This document shows positions 36,621 to 48,965 of a stretch of 64,000 bases of DNA, one piece after another. Location of the stretch: assembly GCA_951406725.2 (NCBI GenBank), contig OX597815.1:66464001-66528000 (forward strand), read 5' to 3'. The notes beneath the pieces are model-generated. The model saw nothing but the letters and a program-made list of their open reading frames with translations, made no database searches and was not told the DNA's origin. This DNA is from Octopus vulgaris (lineage: Eukaryota). The stretch's first letter is position 1. The number at the start of each line of letters is the position of its first letter. The position numbers were made by a program, and so were the translations under genes.

Positions 36621-39365
36621 TGCAATGGAAATTAAAAAGAAAGACAGAGAATAGAATATGTTAGTTTGGCATTAAGTTTAACAATTTATGGACAAGATAA
36701 TTATTATCTAGATTAGGAAGCTAAATATTTAATGGCTATTTATTTTTTATCTATTACCTTCAACAATTTATATAACAGAAATACTTGAATCCTTATTGAT
36801 TTACTGATAGATTAAAATATTGAAACAACAATAATTCTTATAAAGAATTATCTAAGCAGGAACATTAAATATGTACTTATATATGTATACATAACTAGGT
36901 TTACAAAAAGACAAAGAAGATAAGATAATAAAGAGGTAAGAAAAAGGAAAATACAGGGAACAACATAAATATTAGACTCTGAATCAACAGACACACCGGG
37001 AGATAAAGAGTAACTAGATTGCACTTATTACTCTTTGGTCATTGACCCTACATACTCTTGCTGGGTGGGTTGTATGTAAACCCACAGAATTTTTTCAGAG
37101 CAAGACAAAGATATGTAAACTTGTAATAGGATTAATTCATATACTCTATGATGTCACATGCAGAAGAACAGTTGTCAAAAATCTATAAAATTCTATATCT
37201 ATCATCATATCGTGTTTATTATAGCCCCTTATGTCTCTATATCTCCTTCTCCACTGCTCCTACAATTTGCGCATAATCCCACCTCTTTCTGATCTATTCC
37301 CCTTCTTAAGCCACTCCTATATCTCCCATCTCACCCCTCTCCATATTGGTATTTCCCTTTCAACTGTACCCCCACCTTAGTTCCTCACTCATATTAAACT
37401 CTACCTACACCTGTTTATTTCCCCCTCACACTCTTATGAAAGTATCCACTCTCTCATCCCCTTTAACCCTTTGTCTTTTAAACCGGCCATATCTGGCCCA
37501 AAATATTCTACCTGTTTTACATTCAAACTGACTGGATCCAGCCTCTTACATTAATCCTACAATGCCATGCTAAAAATAAACAATAACATCATCAAAATCT
37601 CAAAGCTACAAGATAATGCATGAGTTATTTAAATCAACATAAATAAATAAGCATTACACTTCACAAAATATTCTGAATACTAAAGGGTTAAAACTACTAA
37701 GTACAAATAGGGAGAAAAGCCCTGCAGTGATGGAGAAGTGCCAAAATGACAGGTACTGGATAGTACTGGCAGTTGCGGTCCCAACCCTACATGTAAGCAG
37801 CTGCTCTTCCTCATGATCTTCTGACAGAAAGAACTGCCATCTCTTTCTCTTTCTCTCTGTCTCACACACACACACACAAGACATTGAGGGAAAGAGAAAT
37901 GTAGTGACAGTCAAGAAACATATGAGTGTGCATATATGTGTGCATTATATAAGTTGATAGTCTACTCCAGAGTTTTGCTCAAGGATAAGCTGTTCATGAC
38001 TGTGAAGTTAAAGTGTTTGCAATTTTTTACAAGGATAGGTAGACTTTAAATGTATCTAGATGGGTAGGATAATAAAAGTTTTTGGATATTAATTCTAAAG
38101 ATGTAAGGATTGCATTACAAAGTTATTAAGACGTGTGCTTGTATGTATGGGTAGGGATACTCTTACTCTCTTCTAATTGTAAAGCAGCATCTTGAGACTT
38201 AATTGGAAATTTTGTAGGTTAAATTTTGGGGGTTGACCGTTGTTCTGGTTCAGAGAACAAGGCTTAATTGGAATTTTTGAAGTGCATACCTGGATATATA
38301 TGGATTACTATATGTGTATTGGTGTAATTGTGTATCTGTATACATGTTCCCACTATTGCTTTTTACTGCGTTGTCCCTGGTTCTCTACTGTTACACTGCT
38401 CATTTCCATATCTCCACAATATAAGTTGTCTTCATAACTAATTCTTTTTGTGGTTGTTTGATGTATTGTACTTACATACCTTTCTTTCCTTCTCCTCAGT
38501 GTTCTAAATTTTCTTTTAACTATCTTTTTTAGTGGTTATAAGAGGAATACATCTATTTTCCTGTTAGATATTATAGCTATATGGGGTAGTGAAAATGGAG
38601 AGAAGTAGAAAAAGAAAGAGGGTGAGGAGAGAATATACCTTGAATATACAGAGAGAATGTTACCCTGATATCAATGGCTATTTTAGAAAGATGTGAGAGA
38701 TGGAGTTAAGTAGCTAGCAATAAGTGAGGAGAGAAAACAAGGAAAAGGACATGACAGATAGAGAGAAAGCATGAATACAAGAGAGAAAGAGATGGGAAGA
38801 GGGGGACAAAGGGTATACATGCTCTCTGAGAATGAGAGTGTTATAAAGTGTCTCTACATTGTTTGACTTTTCTTCTGGCTCTTTGTATTCAAACTCCATC
38901 AAGGTCAACTTTGCTTCCCATTTCTTTGGGGATCAATGAAATAAAATATTGGGGTTTTACATAATTGACTTGCCCCTCCTGCCAAAATTACTGGCCTTGA
39001 ACCCTGCGACAGATGTGTTCAGGAGAATGTTATGATCTCAGTGACTTCTACACCATAGAAATAAGGTAACCAACCTTATGAATCTTAGGGCAAGAAAAAA
39101 ACTTTTTTGAAAATCATAGTTTGACAGCCGAGAGAGAGAACCCAGAAGCAAGTCTTGTGGAAACTGGGTGGAGGAGTATGAATATGACATCGCTGGTGTT
39201 TGTATGTTTTTTGATGCAAACTATGATTTTATAAAGTACATATCTGACTGTTTCTGATTCTTGTCATGAAACTTATTTTTATGAAATAAAATCAATAAAT
39301 ACACAAAAAATATATAGACCTAAAAGAAATCAGTCTTATGTTACATATTTGAACATGTACATATA

Positions 39366-39829
39366 CCATAAATCCTCGAGTATACTCCACATTTTTTCCC
39401 CAAAATTTAAAGGTCAAAATCCCTAGTGCGTACTATATAAGAGGTTAAAAATGAAAATTATTTTTTAAGCAATGTCCGAGTCACTATTTGCTGTCCGGCA
39501 ATGTTTATTCAAATGCATTTTGTGATTTTGTGATGTCAGGCACGAAAATACCTTAAGCTAAGCCTGAAAGCAATGATGTCATAAAAGAATCATCCATAAC
39601 TTGCAGTAAGCAACATTTATTAAAATAAAAATATTCAGAACACAGAATAACATGTAACAAAAACAATTTGCAAATATATTTACATTCCCATATAACAGTT
39701 AAGAACATCACCATTATTGTATTACGCATGCGCGGAAGTGTTTGTTCGGCTAGGTTTTTCAGAAGTACAGCGCCCTAAAAATCCTCTGCGTATTATACTT
39801 AAGGGCGGACTATACTCGAGGATTTACGG
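39366..39829. mobile_element. pogo/Tigger-type MITE
   Basis: TIRs ccataaatcctcgagtata and tatactcgaggatttacgg. Confidence 0.85.
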
Positions 39830-40269
39830 AACACACAGAGTCAACACCAAAGGTGTGTGCATATGTACACACACACAAACGCACATGCACACACACAATG
39901 CACACTCATACATACACACACACAGAGGATGCAGACTATTCATTTGCAATTTTCAACTGCTAATTTTTACAAATACTTTTTTTACTTTCATTGGGTCTCA
40001 CAGAGGCAATGACAAATGACTGAGGCCTTTGACAATATGCCATGCTTGAGTAGAAGACCCATCAAACCAAGTGCAATTGTAGTTGTGGAAGATACTGGTG
40101 TCATGCAACTAGCACCCATGCCAGTGACATGTAAAAGCACCCATTATGCTTACAGAATGGTTGGCGTTAAGAAGGGCATCCAGCCATAGAAACTACGCAA
40201 AATAAAACTGTTCAACCTATGCCAGCATGGATAATAGACATTAAATGATGATGATGATGATGATGAGTG

Positions 40270-41400
40270 TCAGTCTTTTTCATTTTAAAAACAATAACCA
40301 TTTTTGATTTATTCTTTGACAGAATATTGACAATGGAAAATTCTGAGACCCCACTCCTACCCAATTTATGGAAGAGGCATGGAGCTCTCCTTGGAATCAT
40401 GCTGGAAGGACAAACAAAGAGATTTCAGACTTCCTCAATATCAGCATAAGAATGGTAGAAAAGGTCAGAAAGGAGCTGGTAGATTTCTGGATTCAACTAC
40501 AAGGCAACAAGAGAAGAAAACCCATGATTTAATGCCATCAGAATACCAGAATTTGTCACAGAAATTCAAATCAACAATGACCCCAGCAAGTCGATGCATG
40601 CCATTGTATGGGAGAAAGCTGTGGATAAAAAGCTCATCAAGTTAGTGGTGCATGGAGATATTCATTACATTTCATACAAGATGTGGAAGGGAAAATTTCT
40701 GTCCAAGGCAATGCAGGAAAAGCAACTCAAGCATGCCAAGAAGCTGATTAACAAGTTGAAACACATTTTGGAGCCAGACATGCTACAGTTCTCCTTCAAA
40801 ATGAATTTCTGTCAAGACCAGAAGATCAACTCCCAGAACAACAGATGGCTCACTGTCTCACCCAAGGATGTGCCCAGAGTCATGCAGACAAAATTTCCAG
40901 TGACAATCATGGTCTTCAGTGTCGTCAGCAGTGAAGGTTATATCATGCCACTCTACTTCTTCTCTGAGAGTCTTATGCTAAACATGACAATTACATCCTT
41001 ATTCTGAGCAAAGAGGTGAAGCCCTGGATCAACAAGGTAGCTGCAGGAAGGCCATATATGTGGCATCAAGACTCTGCACCCTGTCTCACCAGAAGGAAAA
41101 ACCCAGGCCTGACTGTCAGAGAATTTCTTCGATCACACAGCACCTGACATTTGGCTCTGAACTTGCCTGACTGCAGCCTCCTCAACTTCTTTGTGTGGGG
41201 TACGGTGGAATGAGAGATCAACAAATCCAGCTGCAACACAAGGGACGAGCTGAGGCCCAGGATTACCAGGGCCTTCAGAGATCTAAAACAGGAGAGAGTG
41301 ATGGAAGCCTGTAGATGGTTCTGAAGTTGCCTAGAGGCTGTCATCAAGGCCAAAGGTGGGTTCATCAAGTGAAATCAACATGACAAACTGACCCAATTAT
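40270..41400 (+). mobile_element. Tc1/mariner DD37D-like transposase remnant
   Basis: NFCQDQKINSQNNRWL...TKFPVTIMVFSVVSSEG...WHQDSAPC. Confidence 0.85.
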
Positions 41401-41401
41401 T

Positions 41402-41560
41402 TAAATTATTTACAACTGATGGATATTTGTCCTCATCTTGTTTGTTGTTAACACTTACGTTAACAACATAACACTTATGTTACAATTGACGGACAAATAT
41501 CCGTCAATTGTAAATAATGTAAATAATGTACATAATTCCCCATCTCTTAAATATAGAACA
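41402..41560. repeat. Short inverted repeat, probable Penelope pLTR remnant
   Basis: tttacaactgatggatatttgtcc (41409-41432) is inverted as ggacaaatatccgtcaattgtaaa (41491-41514). Confidence 0.5.
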
Positions 41561-42258
41561 GAAACTGACCCAAATTTAACAAGTATATCTCAAAAAATAA
41601 AAACACTTTTATTTAAACCTGAGACAGTCATCATGCAAACAAGTACTGTCTACACCTTCTATAAAGGTAACTGATGATGAAATGTAAGATCTATATCGTG
41701 TGTGTGTGGGGGGTGGGGGGTGAGGAGTATTGTATGACTAAAGTTAGTAATACAAACCAAGAGCTATGGTGAAAAGAATGAAAAAGAAAACAAGGTCAGC
41801 TGTATTTCTACCTTGCACAAATAAGAAGGTAGGAGTTGAAGCAGGTAGTCTTTAGTAAGGTTGTTGAGAACAAAGAAAAGCAATATAGGAGAGAACAAAC
41901 AACACAGGTGAGTATTGACAAGTAAGACTTGTAGTAGGAAAAAAAAGCACCCAGTATGTAAATAAGGAAAAAGTACAGGGAATTGAGATAGAAAACTGAG
42001 AGAAAGGAACAGTCAAACATTAAAATGTTACACCAAATCTGTATTTTTTAGACACACACACACACACTAGGACAAACATGGCAGTGTCATTAAGAGGCTT
42101 GTTTGCCAACCACATGGTCTCAAGTTCAGTTCCACTGCACAACATCTTGGGCAAGAGTCTTCTACTGAAGCTCCATGCTGATTGTTGTCTTGTGAGTGAA
42201 TTTGGTAGATGGAAACTGTGTGGAAGCTCGTCACACACACACACACACACATATATAT

Positions 42259-42370
42259 CCAAACTGAAGGCGTGGAACAGTAAAATCCAGGCTACATATG
42301 TTTCTTAGCCAGTTAGCTAGAAAACATATGTAGCCTGGATGATTTTACCTGTTCCGCTTCCTCAATCTGG
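42259..42370. repeat. Palindrome with about 50-bp arms containing the 3' half of a hammerhead motif
   Basis: atccaggctacatatgttt is inverted as aaacatatgtagcctggat. Confidence 0.7.
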
Positions 42371-42931
42371 ATTTTTATTTCCAAGGAAAGCCTCAGTCAT
42401 TTACAATGGCAATTAGACTGAAAAACAATCAATATTTTCTAACTTCTTTACTTTCAACAATGGAGAAGAGGGAAAGAAATTTAGTAAAGAATAGAGGGAA
42501 AGTCTTTCAGGTATTTAAGTTTTTATTCTGGAAGTTCCAGAACAATCAACTGTTAGTTCTCTCTTCTTTCCCCCACTCCTGGTACTTATTCGCCTTCTTT
42601 CAGAGTTCATCGTGTCTTTTAGTTGGTGGGGAAAGAACATATTTTTATTTCAGGCATGTTTAACGTTTTCTCAACAAACTACAAACAAGCACCCCTCCCT
42701 TTTTTTTATATTTCATACAAAAACTTGAGGAAATTTCAAATAGGGTATAGCTGTGAAAAGAGCCCAGAAAATTGGGCACCCCCCCCCACAAAATGGGGGG
42801 GGGGGAGTTGCCAACACATAGCTGCATGAAATTCAACTCTATACTTTAAAGAGTGTCTTCTACTATAGCCTCGGGCCGACCAAAGCCTCGTCAGTGAATG
42901 TGGTAGATGGAAACTGAAAGAAGCTCGTCAT

Positions 42932-42965
<34 letters not shown>

Positions 42966-43810
42966 TATATTTTTATGTGTGTGTGTTTATGTCTGTGTTT
43001 GTCCCCTACCACTATTGTTTGACAACCGATGTTGGTGTGTTTGCATCCCTGTAACTTAGTTGTTCGGCAGAAGAGACAACTAGAATAAGCAACAGGCTTA
43101 CAGAGAATAAGGCGCAGGGGTCGATTTCTTTGACTAAAGGGTGGCACTCCAGCATGGCTACCATCAAATGACTGAAACAAATAAAAGAATACCAGAAGAA
43201 CGTTCCATACCACTAAACCAAAAAGGTTCTTTGAATATGAACAATGTATTTTATGGCTAAATAGTAATTCTGTTTACGTTTGTGTAACTGAGATATTTTG
43301 GTTGGATTATATAGTTATCAGTTTTACACATCTTTCTATATTCTGTAACTGTCACAATATAGAAATATTTCTCATGGCACCAGCACAATTTACAGATGCT
43401 TACATTTTTTATATTTTCCGTGAATTTTTCACAAGTCCAGCTACTAAATTATTATTATTCCTGAATGTTGTTTTTTATACCTTCCACCAAATTAAACAAG
43501 GAGAACGTCCTGAAGAAATGCAGAAGATTCCGAAGTCGTCTGCAGGCCGTGGATGAAGCCAATGGTGATTTTATTGAATAAATTTACTCATTACTATTTC
43601 AAGATATTTTTATGCAATTTTGGTAAATATATCTGTTAAAATGAGATGTCAGTGTTATTTTCCTTTTTGCGTAATTTAGACAACAATAATTCATGGCACT
43701 GTATGTATACATCAGGTAAGCACATAAGTGGAAAACATAGTGGGAAAAATAGTAGTCAAATATCAAAAGTAGAGTAATATGCTTTTATTAAAGCTGCAAA
43801 ATTATCACAA

Positions 43811-43920
43811 AAACTGTGATTCAGAGTTTCACTTTCCTCTGTTCATCAGACAACTGTGATGAAAATTTTTTCATCAGAACTATCTGATAAGCAGGAACAT
43901 GAAACTCTGAGTAACAGTTT
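43811..43920. mobile_element. Palindromic pLTR remnant with two decayed hammerheads
   Basis: Arms of about 55 bp. Minus: tgt CTGATGA...GAAA ctctgaa TC aca. Plus: aactat CTGATAA...GAAA ctctgag TA acagtt. Confidence 0.65.
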
Positions 43921-44619
43921 ATATATATGTGTGTGTGTGTGTATACACACACACACATGGACGAGGACAGCTGTGTGAAGAAGTGCTGATCTCTAACTGT
44001 GGAGGAAACCTGTGCAAGAGGTAGACCCAGGAAGACATGGTACAAGATGACATTCAAATGTTGGACTTTACGGAGACAATGACAATTGATAGAGATCTTT
44101 GATGACATGTTATGCTTCAGAAGATCGTCAAGCCAAGTGAAATTGCAGTCATAGCCAATGCCAGTGTTATGTAACTGGCACTCATGTCTTTGTTCAGGTA
44201 GCTCCTGATTTGTTTTTGTCAGAAAACTAACCCCATTCCTTCTCTGATGCATAAACAATTAATTTCCACCATTATGTGCACACACATTGTGACCCCACAT
44301 GACCTCAAAACCGACACTAACAGTGAACATCTGGCACTGGCCAGGTATACCATAGAATGGGACCGCTTGAACCTGCCGCCAACCAAGACCCACAATTTCT
44401 CCAACTTTACTTCATATGGTTCTGATCTGCGCTGGGCTGAGGAGTAAGGTGTTGAAATCAGAAGAGCATTGCACGAACGCAGTAGCCAAGGTAGAGCTCA
44501 AAAAATTTTCTCAAGTGTAAGGCTCAACTTTCCGCAGTTGAATGGTAATTTATTAAGACCCGTGCAATGCCAGCTACATAATATATATATTTGTATATGT
44601 ACATATATATATCTCTATA

Positions 44620-44711
<92 letters not shown>

Positions 44712-44739
44712 ATATATATATCTGTATGTGTGTGTGTAT

Positions 44740-46265
44740 ATATATATATAAAAGAGGCTTTGTGTCAAAATTGTGAGCACATTTTGCTACGTCAGAGGTT
44801 GGCGGCCAGAGCAGTGGTCGGATTGAGCTGAAAATTGACACAGGCATAGAAGGCATGATAAGGCAGAGAGTTGAGTAGGTTAAAACTCGCCATCTGGAAA
44901 GATGCGGTTCCTATGGTGAGAAGAGTGATTTTTTATCCATTCAAGGGGGCTCTAAGCCCCTCCAGATTGGCGTGATTGGCATCTAATGCCCAACAGCATG
45001 CACTTTGGGCTGTTGTGCTTTATAATCATGCATTTTGTTGCGAAATTCAGACTACTAAGCAAAGATTTTTCATTGTGAAAGAACGAGTGCTTTTTGCCCT
45101 CATTTTCTTAAAAATTTTTTCTTATCACATTGTAAGCCTTTCCAGGAAAAAAATTACATCTGCATGTAGCCCTTGAGAAGGGCTATAATGCACATTTTTA
45201 GTTGACGCGAAATTTTGCTTTTAAGGTTGAAAAAGTTTGAAAATTAAACAAAAATGTTGAATTTTTCCTGGCACATAATGCTTCAAATGACGTCATCGCT
45301 GTGAGCTGCAACTTTGCTGCAAAAGCATTATCAATTTTTTTCACGGCTACATAAACTTATCAAGCTAAAGCGCTAGCAACCTCATGTAAGCTGCCGGTGA
45401 CTAATCTTTTTATAAAAGTGAAAGGATTTTGTCTATTTATTTCTGCTGTCCACATACAACAGTGATTCAATTGACTAGGAAAACTACGTATACATGATGA
45501 ATATCCAATACCAAACTATCTTAATCTACATATTGAAACTGCATTAACCTTTGACAAGCTTACCTTACCTATTCTGAGTTACTTGAAAGGTGATGTCCCC
45601 TTCCCTCTCTTCTGTTTGTTGATATCTATTTTTACCTTTGATACCATTGTTTCACTTTAAGGATGCTTCTTTACCCATCCATTATGATATTTCGACTGCT
45701 GTCCATTGTTTCAAATACGTTTTAACATTGTCATTCTAGCCTTTTTTAAACACTCACATATGGTTCATCCCAAAGAATCAACCTTTAAATAAGAGCTTTG
45801 CTTCCACTAGCGAAAGCTATACGTATCTTTCAGGAAGCTCCATACCAATTTAACTTTATGCAGCATTCGTTGTTAGTTTGTTAGCTTTTCTCTCCGAAAA
45901 AAATAAACTCACAGTGGGGAAGTTTCAACATTTTCCTTCAACTTCCTTACACCATTTATGTGGCTGTTTCTGACAAGAAATTTCACTTTCATGTAAAACA
46001 ACTATATTTTGTAGTCATTATCTGTAATCCACTTCCAAAACACTTCGGTAGCTCTACTTTACATGGCTTGCAAACTTATATGTTCTACAATCATTAAAAG
46101 TGCAATGACCTTCACAATAACCAGCTTTCAATTTGATTTTCCATTCCTAGGTTAATCGGAAACAGATTGCTGTGCTACATATAAACCTTCTCTGTAGTTC
46201 AATTATTTGGTGAAAAAATATCACGAAGCAACTTAAACCTTCCAAAGGACGGGAGCGTTTGCTAG
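44740..46265 (+). mobile_element. Non-autonomous Helitron-like element
   Basis: 5' TATATATAAAA start, 3' imperfect hairpin ccttccaaaggacggg, then CTAG|T at 46262-46265. Confidence 0.6.
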
Positions 46266-46277
46266 TATATATATATA

Positions 46278-46680
46278 GGCACAGGAGTGGCTGTGTGGTA
46301 AGTAGCTTGCTAACCAATCACATGGTTCCGGGTTCAGTCCCACTGCGTGGCATCTTGGGCAAGTGTCTTCTGCTATAGCCCCGGGCCGACCAATGCCTTG
46401 TGAGTGGATTTGGTAGACGGAAACTGAAAGAAGCCTGTCGTATATATGTATATATATATGTATGTGTGTGTATGTGTTTGTGTGTCTGTGTTTGTCCCCC
46501 TAGCATTGCTTGACAACCGATGCTGGTGTGTTTACGTCCCTGTTACTTAGCGGTTCGGCAAAAGAGACCGATAAAATAAGTACTGGGCTTACAAAGAATA
46601 AGTCCCGGGGTCGATTTGCTCGACTAAAAGGCGGTGCTCCAGCATGGCCGCAGTCAAATGACTGAAACAAGTAAAGAGTA
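46278..46680 (+). mobile_element. Full-length tRNA-derived SINE with internal microsatellite
   Basis: A-box tggctgtgtggt, B-box ggttcagtccc, CORE-like cttgggcaagtg, and 3' tail gtaaagagta. Confidence 0.9.
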
Positions 46681-46681
46681 T

Positions 46682-48513
46682 ATCATCATCATCATCATCG
46701 TTTAACGTCCGCTTTCCATGCTGGCAAGAGTTGGACGATTTGACTGAGGACTGGCAAGCCAGATGGCTGCACCAGGCCCCAGCCTGATCTGACAGTTTCT
46801 ACAGCTTGATGCCCTTCTTAACACCAACCACTCCAAGAGTGTAGTGGGTGCTTTTACGTGCCACCAGCACAAGTGCCAGTAAAGCGATGCTGGTAACGAT
46901 CACGCTCAAATGGTGCTTTTTATGTGCCACTGGCACAGGAGCCAGTCAGTGGCCCTGGCAATGATCATGCTCGGATGGTGCTCTTAGTGCTGCCATCGAA
47001 TTTGATTTCGATTTCACTTGCCTCAACAGATCTTCGCAAACAGTTTAGAGTCCAATGAAGGGTATGCACAAGTGAGCTGGTTACAACCCTGGCATAGGCC
47101 ACGGGTTATGGTCTCACTTGGCTTGCCAGGTCTTCTCAAGTACAGCATATTTCCAAAGGTTTCGCTCACTAGTCCATTGCCTCAGTGAGGCCTAATGTTC
47201 GAAGGTCATGCTTCACGACCTCATCTCAGGTCTTCCTGGTTTTACCTCTTCTACAGGTTCCCTCAACAGCTAAGGTGTGGCACTTTTTCACACAGCTATC
47301 CTCATCCATTCTCACCACATAACCATACCAGCGCAGTCATCTCTCTTGCACACCACATCTGATGCTTCTTAGGTCCAATTTTTCTCTCAAGGTACTTACA
47401 CTCTGTCGAGTATGCACACTGACATTACACATCCAGTGGAGCATACTGGCTTCATTCCTTGTGAGCTTATGCATGTCCTCAACAGTTATGGCCCATGTTT
47501 CACTACCATGTAGCATGGCTGTTCGTACACATGTGTCATACAGTCTATCTTTTGCTCTGAGCGAGAGGCACTTTGTCACCAGCAGAGGTAAGAGCTCTCT
47601 GAACTTTGCCCAAGCTATTCTTATTCTAGCAGCTACACTTTCAGCGCACCTTCTTCCACTACTGACTTGGTCACCTAGGTAACGGAGGCTATCAACTACT
47701 TCTAGTTTTTCTCCCTGGAATGAGGCGGAAGTTGGTCTCTGCGCATTTTCAGTGTTTATTGCTCCTGAGCATCTGCCACATACAAAAACTATCTTCCCAG
47801 TTAGCCTTCCTTTGATATTACTGCACCTCTTATGTGTCCATAGCTTACACTGGGTACATCTTATAGAGTTTCTACCTACGCCTTTTCTACAGATCGAGCA
47901 GGGCCAACTACCTGAAAGGATTTGAGGTTTGCCTGCCTTCCTACTTATTAGGACTTTGGTTTTAGCTAGGTCGACTCTAAGGCCCTTTGATTCTAATCCT
48001 TGTTTCCACACCTGAAACTTCTCCAGTTCTGATAGTGACTCAGCAATTAGAGCAAGGTTGTCAGCATAGAGGAGCTCCCAGGGGCATCCTGTCTTGAATT
48101 CCTCTGTTATTGCCTGGAGGATTATGATAAACAGGAGAGGGCTGATGATTGAACCTTGATGGACCCCTACCTCTACCTGGAATTCTTCACTGTACTCGCT
48201 GCCAACCCTCACCTTACTGACAGCGTCCCTGTACATGGCTTGCACAGCTCTTATACTAACCATTCATCTATCCCTAGTTTCCTCATTAACCACCAGATAA
48301 GGAACTGGGGGACCCTGTCAAAGGCTTTCTCCATGTCAACGAAAGCCAGGTACAGAGGTTTATCTTTGGCTAGGTATTTCTCCTGCAGCTGTCTTACCAG
48401 AAATATAGCATCAGTGGTACTTTTCCCTGGCACAAACCCAAACTGCATCTCATCTAAACTGACTCTCTCCCTAATTCATTGGGCTATGATCCTCTCTGTG
48501 ACCTTCATTACCT
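46682..48513 (-). mobile_element. 5'-truncated RTE LINE
   Basis: QFGFVPGKSTTDAIF, FVDMEKAFDRVP, GVHQGS, LLYADNL, PHD-like finger and (GAT)n tail. Confidence 0.95.
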
Positions 48514-48589
48514 CATGGGTTTCCGCCCCGACATCCAAAACTCGGAGTTTTATCATGGCTACCGAATAATTGTCACATATTATATTTAC

Positions 48590-48620
<31 letters not shown>

Positions 48621-48920
48621 GTACAAAGTAAGATAGAGCTTATGAGGGTAACCCACTATGGTGAAGCACCCAAATGCTAAGTACATAAATGCTTATAATT
48701 GCAATGCAATTAATTCATTTATTGTATCGGATGGGCGAAGGTAAAATATTTTACCGTAAATTCATAATACAAATAAGAAAATGGAGGAATAAATTCATTT
48801 CAATCATCAACTTACAGATAATACCATTTCATATTATTTATTAACTATATAAATAGGAACATCCAAATCGAACAAAACAATATACATCAATATATATATA
48901 TACATATACACATATACACC

Positions 48921-48962
<42 letters not shown>

Positions 48963-48965
<3 letters not shown>

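Noticed and set aside
46278-46352. tRNA-like sequences (also at 1783, 57470, 57855 and 62050-62130)
   Set aside because: They are SINE heads running into SINE bodies, with no complete cloverleaf or terminator.
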